DNA of 64,000 nucleotides. It comes from Octopus bimaculoides (lineage: Eukaryota). A model generated the notes under the pieces. It ran no database searches and had not been told where the DNA came from. It saw nothing but the letters and a program-made list of their open reading frames with translations. Position numbers and translations under genes: made by a program. Of this stretch, positions 26,071-38,838 are shown piece after piece (positions within the stretch are counted from its first letter, which is position 1; every line of letters starts with the position of its first letter). The stretch covers positions 18,348,021 through 18,412,020 of the forward strand of contig NC_068996.1 in the NCBI RefSeq assembly GCF_001194135.2, given 5' to 3'.

Positions 26071-26548
26071 TGTGTGAGAGAGCAGCGCATATCATCAAAG
26101 TGACACTGGGGTAAAATATACAAAGCCCAGTATACCTATCATGACTACCCGTCTAATAAGAGTACACCAGGCACATGCAACCATATCAAGATAAACAGTG
26201 CATGACCTTGCAGGTAAGGCCCAATTAGTATTTTCTCCAGGTCAAGCAGCCCATCCCACTCAAAAGGTCCCTGAATAAGGGTTGTTTAAGGATGTTGAGT
26301 GAAACACCCATGTTTCCAGGGATTAATTATCCAAACCCCAATAAATTCCTCTCAACACATGGTTATGATGCTCCCCAACTATTTTCTGCTCGTGATCAGA
26401 GATACACATACCATCAGCCACTAAGGGACATACTTAACTGGTTAAGGTCAAACAACTGACAAGCAAATCTGTGGTATTGGGCAGAATATTTGCTGCAGCC
26501 CATCTTTTATACATAATTCCACTCAACACATGGCTATGATGCTCCCTC
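26071..26548. repeat. Second copy of the unclassified (ATT)n-flanked repeat
   Basis: Aligns with 2291-2755; followed by (ATT)/(GTT)n. Confidence 0.8.
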
Positions 26549-26717
26549 TTATTATTATTGTTGTTGTTGTTGTTGTTGTTATTCTTGTTGTTGACTTTGC
26601 ACATCTAACGCTGGAGATGTACTATGGTGTCAGCTGTTCACTACCAGTGAACTAAGGTAACACCTCTTATTTTTCAAGCACCTTCCAGAGTATTCGAGCG
26701 GTTCCAAGCAGTGTTAC

Positions 26718-26720
26718 TAC

Positions 26721-26770
<50 letters not shown>
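26718..26770. repeat. (ATT)n microsatellite
   Basis: Pure ATT run that flips to (AAT)n. Confidence 0.9.
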
Positions 26771-26772
<2 letters not shown>

Positions 26773-26798
26773 AATAATAATATATCATAATATATTAA

Positions 26799-27240
26799 TG
26801 TGAGCTGGCAAACTTCATTAGCATTTTGGACAACATGCTCAGTGGCATTATGCCTGTCTTTACTGCCTGAGTTCAAATGCTGCTGAGGTTGACTTTGCTT
26901 TTCATCCTTTTGGAGGTTGATTAAATAAGTACCAGTCAAACACTGGGGTCAATGAAATCAACTTACCCTTCCCCCCGTAACTTCAGGTCTTGTGCCTTTA
27001 GTAGAAAGGATTATTATTATTATTATGAAGGCAGTGAGCTGGCAGAATTGTTAGCATGCCGGGAAAAATACTTAACAGCATTATGTTGTCTTAATGTTCT
27101 GAGTTCAAATTTCATTTAGGTCCACTTTGCCTTTAATCTTTTCAGGGTCAATGCATTAAGTATCAGTGAAGCCCTGGGGTTTATGTAATCAACTAACCCT
27201 TTTCCCTCAAATTTCAGGCCTTGTGTCTACTGTTGAAAGG

Positions 27241-27270
<30 letters not shown>
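26799..27270 (+). mobile_element. Two head-to-tail family-M SINEs between (ATT)n tracts; further copies at about 9362, 16905, 22200, 24150, 27597, 33080, 40010, 50805
   Basis: Each copy ends GCCTTGTG..TAGAAAGG(ATT)n, and the next head follows immediately. Confidence 0.75.
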
Positions 27271-27271
<1 letters not shown>

Positions 27272-27882
27272 GGATACATGGTCTAGTGGTTAAGTTGTTG
27301 TACTTATGATCACATGATCATGGTTTCAATTCCTAGACCGGTTGGTGTTTTTGTGTTCTTGAGGAAAACACTTCTGCAATCACTTTGACACCTGATTTGT
27401 GGTACACTGTGTACCTGTTCAGGCAATGTTGATTTGACAGAGAGAGTGAGCTGATGTACAACACATACATTTGATCACTATAAAGCAATCATTTATGCAG
27501 GTCATTTGACTAAAGCTGAACACTCATATGTTGTCTTTGATGGAAGAGACCATCGTTATTATTATTACTATTATTATTATTATCATTTATCAAGACAGTG
27601 AGCCGGCAGAATTGTTAGCATTTCAGAAAAAATGCTCAATGGTTTTTGTTGCAGCTCTTTATTTCCAACGTTCAAATACCACCAATATCAGCATTACCTT
27701 TCATCTGCCCCAAGTACTGATGTTGATGTTATTGACAAACCCCTCCCCTCAAAACTATTTGCTTTGTGCTTAAATTAGAAACAAGTATTTCTATTGGACA
27801 GCATACTTTGTGTATTTGTTGCAAAGCTTCACATTCTGTGTTCAAACCCCCTCTGAGGCCAGCTTCCATTTGTTTATTACAG

Positions 27883-28023
27883 GTACTATATGAAGGCCGT
27901 TTGACCTCCTGCATCGTGTTCATGTACAATCCAGTTGCCTGTGATAGCCAACTCTGTTTAGAATCATCTCCAAAAGGCAATACTTCACACTTTGTCCACT
28001 CTCCGCATGCTCTCATGCTACAA
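27883..28023 (+). CDS. NBEA: Neurobeachin exon 10 (141 nt, phase 0-0)
   Basis: attacag|GTA..CAA|gtaaga; [47 protein letters not shown]. Confidence 0.93.
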
Positions 28024-29092
28024 GTAAGATGTCTTCTTAATTTTAAATTTTTCATATTTAACATTCCATTTTTGCGATTTGGTTTGTGAGATTTTTGACC
28101 TTTGTATTGAAACAGATTTTGTTGTATCTTGAGAGGGCCATTATGCCAATAATAAATACACAAGCACTGGTTCTATTTCATTCATTCTATTGTTATTCAA
28201 CTAGTAAAATTTAACCAATTAGCTAATGAAAACTGATGGACCTGAATAACGGGCATATCATTAATGAGGTTGCAAATGATGACAAAAGGATACTGACATA
28301 CATAGCTGATTGATTGAGCAACCAATTAATTAGTTAATTGATTGGCTTGACCCTTTAGTATTCAGCTTATTCTGCTAAATCTAATGGTTATTTATTAACA
28401 TTGTTTTGATTTAATCATGAATTATCTTGTAGCTTCAGGTGTTTTATGATATAGTAGTTTAATTTTAGAATGACATTGTAGAGTAGGTGTGAGGGGCCAG
28501 ATTTGGCCAGTTTGAATATAAAGCAGGTAGAATATTTTAGCTAGATATGGCTGGTTTAAATGTTAAAGGGTTAAGCGACCAATCAATTAGTTAATTGATT
28601 CAGTAAAAACAATCCATATCCCTATCTCACTAACATTGGTACCATGTGAAAAGCACCCAGTACACTCTGTATAGTGGCTGGTGTTAGGAAGGGCATCCAA
28701 CCATAGAAACCATGCCAGAACAGGCAGTAAGCTTGGTGCTCTCTTCTGACTTGCCAATTCCTGTTGAACCATCAAATTCATGCCAATATGAAAAATGGAT
28801 GTTAAATTTTGAAACTTTAATGATGAAGGTTGGTTGACTGATAATGATAATGATGATAACAGAAGTGAAATGGAGTCAGTATATGTTCTCTTATTGGTGT
28901 GATAACTCTTCCAAAGTACAGTAAAAACATATTTAACATGTTTGTTGCTTTATATGGTAACCTATGAGACTGCTTCAGCCCCAGATATATAAAACTGCCC
29001 CCACTAAAGAGTTAATATTTAAATTACAATTGTGAATTTGAATTTTAACATAAAATATTTTTGTTAAACCTTCTATTCATCATTGTTCTCCT

Positions 29093-29480
29093 CCTCCTCA
29101 TCATCATCATGGTGTTAATGTGCTTTTCTGTGGTTGCATGGGTCAGTAGAAAATACACAAGAGCTGGTTTTCTATGGTCAGTTACCCTTCCTGTCACCTA
29201 TCTTTACCTTTTTCTAAGCAAGTTAATATAGCCCTATGACCAGACATGTTTTCACAAAATAGTGGAAATGAATGACACTGCTTCTATGACACTTATACAA
29301 CTATCAAATGTCAAGACAAGGAGACACAATTATACACACATACAAACATATGATAGGCTTCTTTCAGTTTCCATCCACCAGATCTACTCATAAGGGTATG
29401 GTTAGCCTTGGGCTATAGTAGAAATTACTTCAACAAGATGCCGAGTAGTGGATCTGAATCAGAAATCATGTGGTTGGGAA
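29093..29480 (-). mobile_element. SINE family C, tail type ii (RTE-like, GAT tail); others at about 13820, 35170, 45320 (-) and 15226, 38605, 55607 (+)
   Basis: Same head and CORE-like block and microsatellite, then a different 3' half ending in GGAAGGG.ATCC..CATGC.AGCATGG..(GAT)n. Confidence 0.7.
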
Positions 29481-29685
29481 GATCATCATCTTCATTATCA
29501 TCATCATTATCATCCTAATGTCCACATTTCTATGCTTGCACTAGACAAATGGAATTTGTTGAGTCAGATTTTCTCTGGGCAGATGCCCTTTCTGTTGCTA
29601 ACCTCATGTTTCCACAGATGACTGGAGACAACCCATAGCACTTGTTAATTTACAACCATCATGTGATATCAAAGCAAGGATACTT

Positions 29686-29734
<49 letters not shown>

Positions 29735-29932
29735 TTAAAATGCCCTCATCCATAGTGCTATGTAGTGGAAATAAGACTTGAGATCATGTGACAATGAATG
29801 TAACAAAGTGAATACCATCACCTCACAGCTATGACTTCATTATTAAAATCATTTGACATAAATTTATTTATATTTTCTTGTCTAAACAATGATTTCAGTA
29901 TTTTATAATGCATATTTCTTTTCTTTTCATAG

Positions 29933-29995
29933 GATGTGAAGGCAATCATCACCAGATCTTTATTGAGCACACTTCATTCCCTTGGAGGAATAGAG
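29933..29995 (+). CDS. NBEA: Neurobeachin exon 11 (63 nt, phase 0-0)
   Basis: ttcatag|GAT..GAG|gtaaga; DVKAIITRSLLSTLHSLGGIE. Confidence 0.9.
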
Positions 29996-30547
29996 GTAAG
30001 AAATTAAATATTTTAAATTATTTTTATCATTTGTTTCATTGGACTTTCAAATTTGATATACTGTAGCCTGGGATAGTGGACAGAGAACCCTGAATATGGG
30101 TGGATAGAGTGAAGACAGATTCTTTAACAGTGGAGATACAGGAGACAAATTACATATGGGTGTATATGAGTGGATGGAGAGAAGACAGGGTGGACATCCA
30201 GGGGACAGTTTCTGTAATGGTAGAGACTGAAACAGATTATATAAAGATGATCAGCCTGAACACAGCTTTTATGAAGATAGACAGACAGAACATATATATA
30301 AGGGTAGCTGGAGAAATGACATTATATAAGGGTGGACTGAGAAAAGAAAGATATATAAAGATAAAGATCCAAGGGACAGGTTCTATAAGTGTAAATGGCC
30401 AGAACATAGATTATATAAGGGTAGGTAGACAGATGATAGATTATATAAGGGTGGAGACAGCACATTTGATGAATTGAGTTATAAGGAGATCTGCAGATTG
30501 TTATTCTTATCCCTAATATTTTCTTGCAATTCCTTATTTTTTTGCAG

Positions 30548-30630
30548 GTCCTTTTTCCTTTGTTCGGCCAGTTAGACTACCCTGTGAATAAAGCACCAAA
30601 TGAGAAATCAACCATAGACCACAGCATCTG
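30548..30630 (+). CDS. NBEA: Neurobeachin exon 12 (83 nt, phase 0-2)
   Basis: tttgcag|GTC..TG|gtaagg; VLFPLFGQLDYPVNKAPNEKSTIDHSI. Confidence 0.9.
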
Positions 30631-31291
30631 GTAAGGTTACCAAATAGATGATGACATCCATTTTCCCTGTTAAACTCTTTTGTGTTAGTAGGTGGCAAGC
30701 ATGACTGTGTGGTTAAGAAGTTTTGCTTCCCAACCACATGGTTTCAAGTTCAGTCCCATTTTGTGGCACCTTGGGTGAGTGTCTTCTACCATATCCCTGG
30801 GCTGACCAAAGCTTTTTGAGTGATTTAATACATTGAAACTGAAGGAGGCCTGTTGTAGGTACACACACAAGTTTGGATGATGTAATTAAAAAGTTTGCTT
30901 CCCAATTACAAGGTTTTGGATTTGGTCTCGTCATGTGATACCTTTAATAAGTGTTGCCTACTATAGCTTTGGGCTGACCAAAACTTTGCAGGTGGGCTTG
31001 GTAGACAGAAACTTCTCATAATATAAATTCTACTTGGATATTGATTGCTTTTCCTCCATTTGTGAATACCAGCTGTCACCAATCTCCCCTCTCTCTTCCC
31101 TCTGTCTGTGTGAATAAATAGATTATCTGCGTTTATCAGTTTCTAAATATATATTTCTGTTTTCATACAAATCTCTCCTCTCTCTCACACTATCTTTCTC
31201 TATCCCTCTCTCTCTTTGTCCATCTATAATTTCTTTCTCTCTTTTTCAACACTTCACCTGTTGTTTTTTTTTCTCTTCTCATTATTTCCAG

Positions 31292-31400
31292 TGCTAACCT
31301 AATGGGGCTGTTGTGTGACCTTCTTGAAAGCTCTTCATCAATCCAGGAAGAACTACTGCAGAGCAAAGGATTCCTTGTCATCAGCTACCTCCTAGAAAAG
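31292..31400 (+). CDS. NBEA: Neurobeachin exon 13 (109 nt, phase 2-0)
   Basis: tttccag|T..AAG|gtatta; CANLMGLLCDLLESSSSIQEELLQSKGFLVISYLLEK. Confidence 0.92.
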
Positions 31401-32499
31401 GTATTACATTATATAAGCACATATATGCTTGCTTGCACATACAGGCTGCAGACACAGATAAGGGTTGACAACATGAAGGGCAGACTACCAATTTCCTGCT
31501 TCAAAATCAGTTCTTGTCCAGTGTATGCTAGCATGTTAAACAAATTATTTTCCATTTGAGATATGTATGATGGGAGGTGTATATATGTATGTACGTACAT
31601 ATAAAAGCACCCACTACACTCTCGGAGTGGTTGGCGTTAGGGAGGGCATCCAGCTGTAGAAACTCTGCCAAATCAGATTGGAGCCTGGTGCAGCCATCTG
31701 GCTCACCAGTCCTCAGTCAGATTGTCCAACCCATGCTAGCATGGAAAGCGAACGTTAAACGATGATGATGGTGATGATAATCGTCACCATTTTTCTCTGG
31801 GAAGCCAGATGACTGTGCCAGGTTCTACTGTCTACTTTGGCATGCTTTCTATGGATGCTCTTTCTAATGCCAACCACTTCACAGGGTTTACTGGGTGTTT
31901 TGCACATGATTTCAGCATTAGTGAGGTCACCAAGTAACTTACAAGACATGAGACAAAACCCCTCAACTGAGGGTGGTGGTCTTTATGCAAGGTGATGAGA
32001 GAATAACATATGATAGGTGGAGAGGAAGCAGGTGTCTTGCTGTTGAGGAAATACATGGTCAATCCACTTGGAAAACAAGGAGGATGGCAGTGAAAAATGT
32101 GTCAGGGAATACCCTCAAGATAAAAGAAGATAAATAAGCCTTTAGCTTTCAGATTTATCTGTCAAATGTAATGCTTATTTGTTTACATTGATTCGAATTA
32201 GTTACACATTATCTTGTACCTTTAAGATATCAATGACACGATTGTTTATTTTTAGAATAATATTTTAGGGTAAATGTAACAGGCCAGATTTGGTCAGTTT
32301 GAAGATAAAAACAGGTAGAATATTTTGGCCAGATTTTGGAAGAGAAGTGATATGGGTGGGTAAGTAAGTTTGTGAGAGTGTGAGGGGAAGTGAGTCAATG
32401 GTAGAGATGGTTGATGGTAGATTATGATGGAGTTGGCTGACGGTAAAAATAAAATAATTTGATTTTTTTTTTTTATCAAAATGCCATTTTTTTTTACAG

Positions 32500-32652
32500 T
32501 CTTCAAGAGAACACATAACTCCAGAAGTTTTAAACAGCTTTTTGAAGCTAACTCAGTACTTGGTAAAGTTGCCTGCTGGCGGAACCTTGTTGAAGCACCT
32601 CTTTGATCACATCCTTTTCAATCCAGGTCTCTGGATATATGCTTCTGTGGAG
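32500..32652 (+). CDS. NBEA: Neurobeachin exon 14 (153 nt, phase 0-0)
   Basis: tttacag|TCT..GAG|gtaaga; [51 protein letters not shown]. Confidence 0.93.
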
Positions 32653-33682
32653 GTAAGAAATGATTTGGTATCTTTTCAGTTTCTATGTCATTATCATCAT
32701 ATTATCATCTTCATTGAGTGTTCATGTTTCATGCTGGCAAGGATTGGACAATTTGACATGGTCCAATGAACCTAAGGACTGCATCATACACCACAGTCTG
32801 TTTTAGCATGGTTTTCTATGGCTGGATACCCTTCCTAACACTGACCACTTTACAGAGTATACTGGGTGCTTTTCTTTTCTTTTTTTCTCTTTGTAACACC
32901 AGCAATAGTAAGGTTACCCCTAAGATAGGTGTTTTTTGCTAGGAGATTAGTGGTAAAAGTCTGAGAAAAGGGGGCCAGAGAAGAATAGGTTTCTTACTGA
33001 AAAGATATCCACATGGCTACTCATGTTTTAGAATGCTGGCATAACTTCCAGTGTATGGAAAACAAATCTAGGTCTAAGGCAGTGAGTCTGCAGAATCATT
33101 AGTGTATTAAACAAAATATATAGTGACATTTCTTCCAGCTCTTTTCCCTTTGAGTTCAAATTCTGCAGAGAATTTTTTTTCAACTGTTTTTCATCCTTTC
33201 AGTGTTAATAACATATAGTACCAGTCAAGTGCTAGGGTTAATATAATCAACTCACCCTCTCCCTCAAACATTGATGACCTTGTGTTAAATTTGTGACGGC
33301 ATGTGACTCAGTGGTTAAAGTGTTGGGCTCACAATTATGTGGTAGTGTGTTCTTGAGCAAGACACTTTATTTCATGTTGCTCCGTTCACTCATCTGCAGA
33401 AATGATTGTGATGTCACTGGTGCCAAACTGTATCAGCCTTTACCTTTCTCTTGGGCAACATTGGTAGTGTGGAGAGGGGAGGATGGCATGCATGGGCGAC
33501 TGCTGGTCTTCCATAAACAACTTTGCCCAGACTTGTGCCTCGGGGGATAACTTTCTAGTGCAGTCCTATGGTCATTTATGATTGAAGGGGTTCTTTACCC
33601 TTTACCCTGTGTTAAACTTGAAAAGAATCATTAATCCATGATTAGTTTCCAAATGAAGTTATGTTTTCTTTTTCTTGCACAG

Positions 33683-33851
33683 GTACAAACCAAACTCTAC
33701 AGCTACCTTGCTACAGAATTTATCAATGACGCCCAGATTTACAACAGCATCCGGCGTGTGAGTGCTGTACTACAAACAATGCACACATTGAAGTATTACT
33801 ACTGGGTTGTGAATCCCTATGACAGAAGTGGGCTCACTCCAAGAGGCATTG
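33683..33851 (+). CDS. NBEA: Neurobeachin exon 15 (169 nt, phase 0-1)
   Basis: tgcacag|GTA..ATTG|gtaaga; [56 protein letters not shown]. Confidence 0.94.
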
Positions 33852-34099
33852 GTAAGAAATAGTCTTTTTTGTTTTTACACGACTACTTTACATTAGGTGA
33901 AATTTCTCATATACACTTTTGGCATATAATGAAATTAAGTCTATGAACATATGACTACTGGCAGGATCAACTTGGTATAATTGTTATTGGAGATGTGCGA
34001 TGATGATGATGCAATTTCAGAAAAATTCAGCAGTGCAGGCACATGTTGCCACTGCAACAGCACTCTTGCTGTTCATCATCATCTGTCATTTTGAATCTG

Positions 34100-34725
34100 A
34101 GTTTTGTCCTTGTTAATGGGGGTGGCCAGATCTACCTCAATGCCATAGCAACCACCCTCACACCATCTCACCATCTTGCCCAGTTTTGGGCATCCTCCCT
34201 TCTCAAGCCAACCCTCCCAATCTCCTCCTCCACCTTTCCCTTCCACATTTTCCTCGGTCTACCTTGCTTTCACTGTCCATTCACCTCAAACTCTAGCACC
34301 TTCTTCAGAACAGACTCTTCATCCCTCCTCAACACATACCCATACCACCGTACTTCGTTGGTTCTTGTCAGCCGATCCACTGATTCCTCCAATCCCAGCA
34401 TCCCCATCAAGTCCTCAGTCCTCCTCTTATCAAACAGCCTCATGTCACACATTTCTCTCACCATTGCTCTCTCAGTCCTTCTCAAAATTGCCATCCATCT
34501 CTCTCTCTCAAACACCATGTCTCACTCCCATACAGCATTACAGCTCTCACAAAATTCGTGTAGATCTTTCCTTTCATCTTCAAGGAGAACCTTTTCCCAT
34601 ATAATAATGCTCCACAGTCCCTGAGCTTCACCCAGCCAAGTCTTGTTCTTGCTGTCACAGCTGCTTCACATCCACAACTAACAAAACCCTCTCACTGTCT
34701 CCACCTCGTCACATGTATTACATGT
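34100..34725 (-). mobile_element. Older, diverged RTE-clade LINE ORF2 3' fragment
   Basis: CEAAVTARTRLGWVKL..KGKIY..VMLYGSET..LRRTERAMVREMC..VRWYGYVLRR..GRPRKMW across frames (ORF 34270..34518). Confidence 0.8.
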
Positions 34726-34884
34726 CATATCATACTCTGAGTATGTTTGCTACTAGTTGCTAATTCAGAATTAACACTATTCACTGAGATATACCTTACC
34801 TTTCTTCCCTAAATCTAAAATCAATATTTATAAATGATATTTTATTAAATTTTCAAAACTTCTGATTTATATTTGAAATTTCAG

Positions 34885-35027
34885 ATGGTCCAAGGCCAAC
34901 AAGAGATGAAATCATTAAACTAAGGTCTTTCATGCTTCTCTATGTCAAAGAACTAATCCGCAAGGGTCAAGGAATTTTGGAAGATGAACTCCAGAGTATC
35001 TTAAATTATCTGACCACATTACATGAG
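34885..35027 (+). CDS. NBEA: Neurobeachin exon 16 (143 nt, phase 1-0)
   Basis: atttcag|AT..GAG|gtgagt; DGPRPTRDEIIKLRSFMLLYVKELIRKGQGILEDELQSILNYLTTLHE. Confidence 0.94.
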
Positions 35028-35186
35028 GTGAGTTCAACTCTTAACTTCCTGGAGTGCATTCTCTTTGTACATGTCCCAATCCTATTAAAAACCAAAGGTT
35101 TTCATGAAAATGCAGCTAGACCAGTATTTTCATTGTTTTAATATCCACTTTTCTGTACTTGCATAGCTCAGTTTGTTGATGCAAAT

Positions 35187-35278
35187 TTTCTATGGCCAGA
35201 TGCTTTTCCTGTTTCTATTGCCAGATGCTTTTCCTGTTTCTATGGCCAGATGCCTTTCCTGTTTCTATGGCCAGATAC
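35187..35278. repeat. 25-bp tandem repeat, ~3.7 copies
   Basis: TTTCTATGGCCAGATGCTTTTCCTG; the CTAT core falls at 35190, 35215, 35240 and 35265. Confidence 0.9.
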
Positions 35279-36936
35279 CTATCTGTTTCAAGGGAAAATA
35301 ATATTTTCCCATGGCCAGACATGTCTTGACAGAATATTGGAAATGAATGACACTTTATATGGCAGTGACACTCATTACAACTGTCACAGGCTGTCAAAAC
35401 AAGGAGACACAAACACACAATGTTTGCCTATGTATGTGTACATGATGGGCTTCTTTCACTTTGTTTCCCATATCCACTCACAAGGTTTTGGTTAGCTCAG
35501 CACTATAGTAAAAGACATAATCTCGAGGTGCTTCACAGCAGGATTAAACCTAAAACGATGTGGTTGGGCAGTAAACTTCTCAGCCACATAGCTACACCTG
35601 CATCTGCTGAACACAATCAAACTTACTTGATGAGATAAAGTGATTTTAGACACCCTACATTCTGTCAAATGACAGATTAATTCAGGAATGACAACAGCCA
35701 TTGAAAAGGCTGCTAAGACTGGGGTTTTGATAGATTGTGTGGGGGAAACCCAAGCATCAATGGTCAGGTTTTCTATAGGAAGGTGATCTCCACAATTACC
35801 CTTAGAACATGGTGAGACACTTAGATCACCATGGTTATCGTGTTGCATTCTTGACATATCAGTTATTTAGTTGCTTATCATACTGCTGGTCCTGGAAATA
35901 AGAGACTTCCCAGACCCTGTTGTGTATAGGTATGTGTGTGTGTGTGCTTGTATGTATGTATGTGTGTGTATGTGTGTGTGTGTGTATACATGTATATGTG
36001 TGTATCTATATATGTGCACATCTTTGTTTGCACATTTTTTTTATCCCCCCCTCACTGCTTGATGACCAGTGTTTGTTTACATCCCCATAAGTTAGTGGTT
36101 CAACAAAAGAGCTGATAGAGTAAGTACTGGGGGTACAGTTTCTGTTTATGAAATTCCCCCACAACATTTTGGTCAGCCCAGGTTTTAGTCTTTGTTAGTC
36201 CAGATTGGCCATAAGGACTGAAACAAGTCCAAGATAAGGCCACAAAGATTGACCTTTCGTTGTGCTTGTCACAGTACCCTAACCATGTGACCGTAAAATA
36301 CAAACCCTTTGATTACTCTGTCATATGGTGTGTGTAGTGTAGAAGGTACCAGCTACAAACCTCTTGTCACCATTGTAGCTTCATTTTTCATTGTTGCAGT
36401 GTATAAGAGGTTTGTGTAGAGTAATTATGAATGTGCATGGTCTAGTTGTTAAAGTATGTAGCTCATGAGTGATAAGATATGGATTTAGTTCTTGCTACAC
36501 TCAACACAGACCAAAAACATGATACATTATGTCCTTGAGCAAGGCCCTTCATTTCACTCTAACCCAGTCTTCTCCACTGAAAATGAGTGCCAGGGAACAG
36601 TCAAGTGTAAACTCTGCAGCTGATTGATGGCATCATGATGGTAATCATTGTACTTTCGTTTGTCTAAACACCTTAGAAATTTGTATAAGCTCCAACTTAA
36701 TCCATTTATTGGTTCAAGTCTTGTGTTAATGGGAGCTTTTATTGAGTGTTATGTCTTTGACCTGTTGAGTGTGACTGTTACTGAGTGTGGTTTTTTGAGT
36801 GCAACATCTGAACTTTGGTGAGTGTGATGTCTGTCGTCTGTTGGCTAAGTTGAGTGCAGTATGCACTGTAGAACAAACCCTATATATATTGGAACAGGAT
36901 TATTTTTTAATCTGAAATTCTTTCTCTTTCACTTAG

Positions 36937-37034
36937 GATGACAATTTGATGGATGTTTTAATGCTTTTAGTCACTCTGATGGCACAGCATCCCTCATCAA
37001 TGGTTCCATCATTTGACAAGAAAAATGGAATAAG
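36937..37034 (+). CDS. NBEA: Neurobeachin exon 17 (98 nt, phase 0-2)
   Basis: cacttag|GAT..AG|gtaaga; [32 protein letters not shown]. Confidence 0.93.
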
Positions 37035-37799
37035 GTAAGAATAAAAATACTTGGAAATATTTTTCTAAAAGTAAACTTAGGGTAATAAGTTTTTTTTCTC
37101 AAAATGATAACTGCATCTTTACCTTTCATCTGTTTCGGTTCAATGAAGTGAAGTGCTTTGTCTCAAACTGGTTACAATGGAAGTGTATCAGTAAGTAGGC
37201 TATAGTTGGGGCAATGTTTAAGTGAAATTAACAGTCTTTGGGTGCTTTTGAATGGCTAATATGTATCTTCTATACTAATTGCTCTACTTTCAACCAATAG
37301 CACAGGCTTGGCTATGTGGTAAGAAGTTTGTTTCGCAACCACATGGTTTCAGGTTCAGTTACATTGTGTGGCACCATAAGTAAGTGTTTACTACTACAGC
37401 TACAGGCCAATTGTAGCTTTGTGAGTGGATATGGCTGATGGAAACTGAAAGAAGCCTATTGCATATATATATATATGCTATACAGTTTCAATACATGTCA
37501 TGTCTTTTCAACTTGTTTATATATACATGTAATTCTTGGATCACTATGAATGTTGTGTTTTTACTGTCTGCTATGAATTAATCTGACCCTGAAGAGATAC
37601 AATATTCCATATTTTATAATATGCATGAGTTGGTCTGGATATTGCAGCGAAATGATCATAGGTCATAATAAAATTTTTACAATGGATCATCTTTTAGCTC
37701 TTATTTAAATTGATATACATACAAAAACTCACATGTGAGAATTTTGCTACGTTGATAACAGATACAATATTTTTACCAAATTTTGGTATAGATCTATAA

Positions 37800-37833
<34 letters not shown>

Positions 37834-38429
37834 TGATGTCTGTGTGTTGACATCACACTTTTGTCGTAAACAAGTGTCGTTATATAATCAGTCTTTTGTT
37901 TGCAATCTTCCATGAACACATCAGGTCATGGGAAAATATTTTCTTACTTGGAAGCAAGTGAGGCTATCAATATGTGCAATCTGCCTCACAAATTCTGTCC
38001 AGTCTATTCATGTATGATAAGTGGACAGGAAAAATCATAAATGACATGTCTTAGAATTCATCATTTGGTAGACAAGTACATTTAAAAAAAATGCTGCATA
38101 TTCCAATTACTTCAACTGAAGTATTGTAACAAAAGGGTCAACAAATTAGGATGCTGAAAAGTAACTTGACATTCATGTTGGCTTTATATGTCGTGTGCTT
38201 TCATCAATATAGGAAACATCAGATTAATGTAATTATGAATAGATGAGTCAAATTTTGTGGTACCATAAACTGATGCTTGATGATCAACTGAAAATTTTGT
38301 GTACTGACTCTATAGCTTCTACTAAGTTGAATAGAAGCAATCTAGTTTCAATCATAGCTTTTAGCAAGGTAGTAGAAACAATCTAGTTGCGATTATTTTG
38401 AAAATTTTGCTATTTATTTACAATTTCAG

Positions 38430-38522
38430 AACTGTATTCAAACTTTTGGCATCACCAAATGAGCCGCTTCGCATTCAAGCATTGAAGCTTTTGGGTTTTT
38501 TCCTGATGCGCAGTACACACAA
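38430..38522 (+). CDS. NBEA: Neurobeachin exon 18 (93 nt, phase 2-2)
   Basis: atttcag|A..AA|gtaagt; [31 protein letters not shown]. Confidence 0.93.
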
Positions 38523-38738
38523 GTAAGTGTTCCATAAACTTTATTTGACTACTTTCAGAATACAATATACAAACGGTGTTTGTTTCATGTTGTGTAATGT
38601 TTACACAGGCTGTGGAGTTAAGCTCATGGTTTAAAGTTCAGTCCTGCACTGTGCGGTAACTTGAGTGTCTTCTGCAATAGCCCCAGGTTAACTAAAGTAT
38701 TGCGAATGAATTTGGGAGATAGATGGTAACTGAAAGAA

Positions 38739-38838
<100 letters not shown>

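Noticed and set aside
30100-30477. 125-aa ORF in the exon 11-12 intron
   Set aside because: It arises from a degenerate purine-rich repeat with no recognisable domain, and exons 11 and 12 splice in frame without it.
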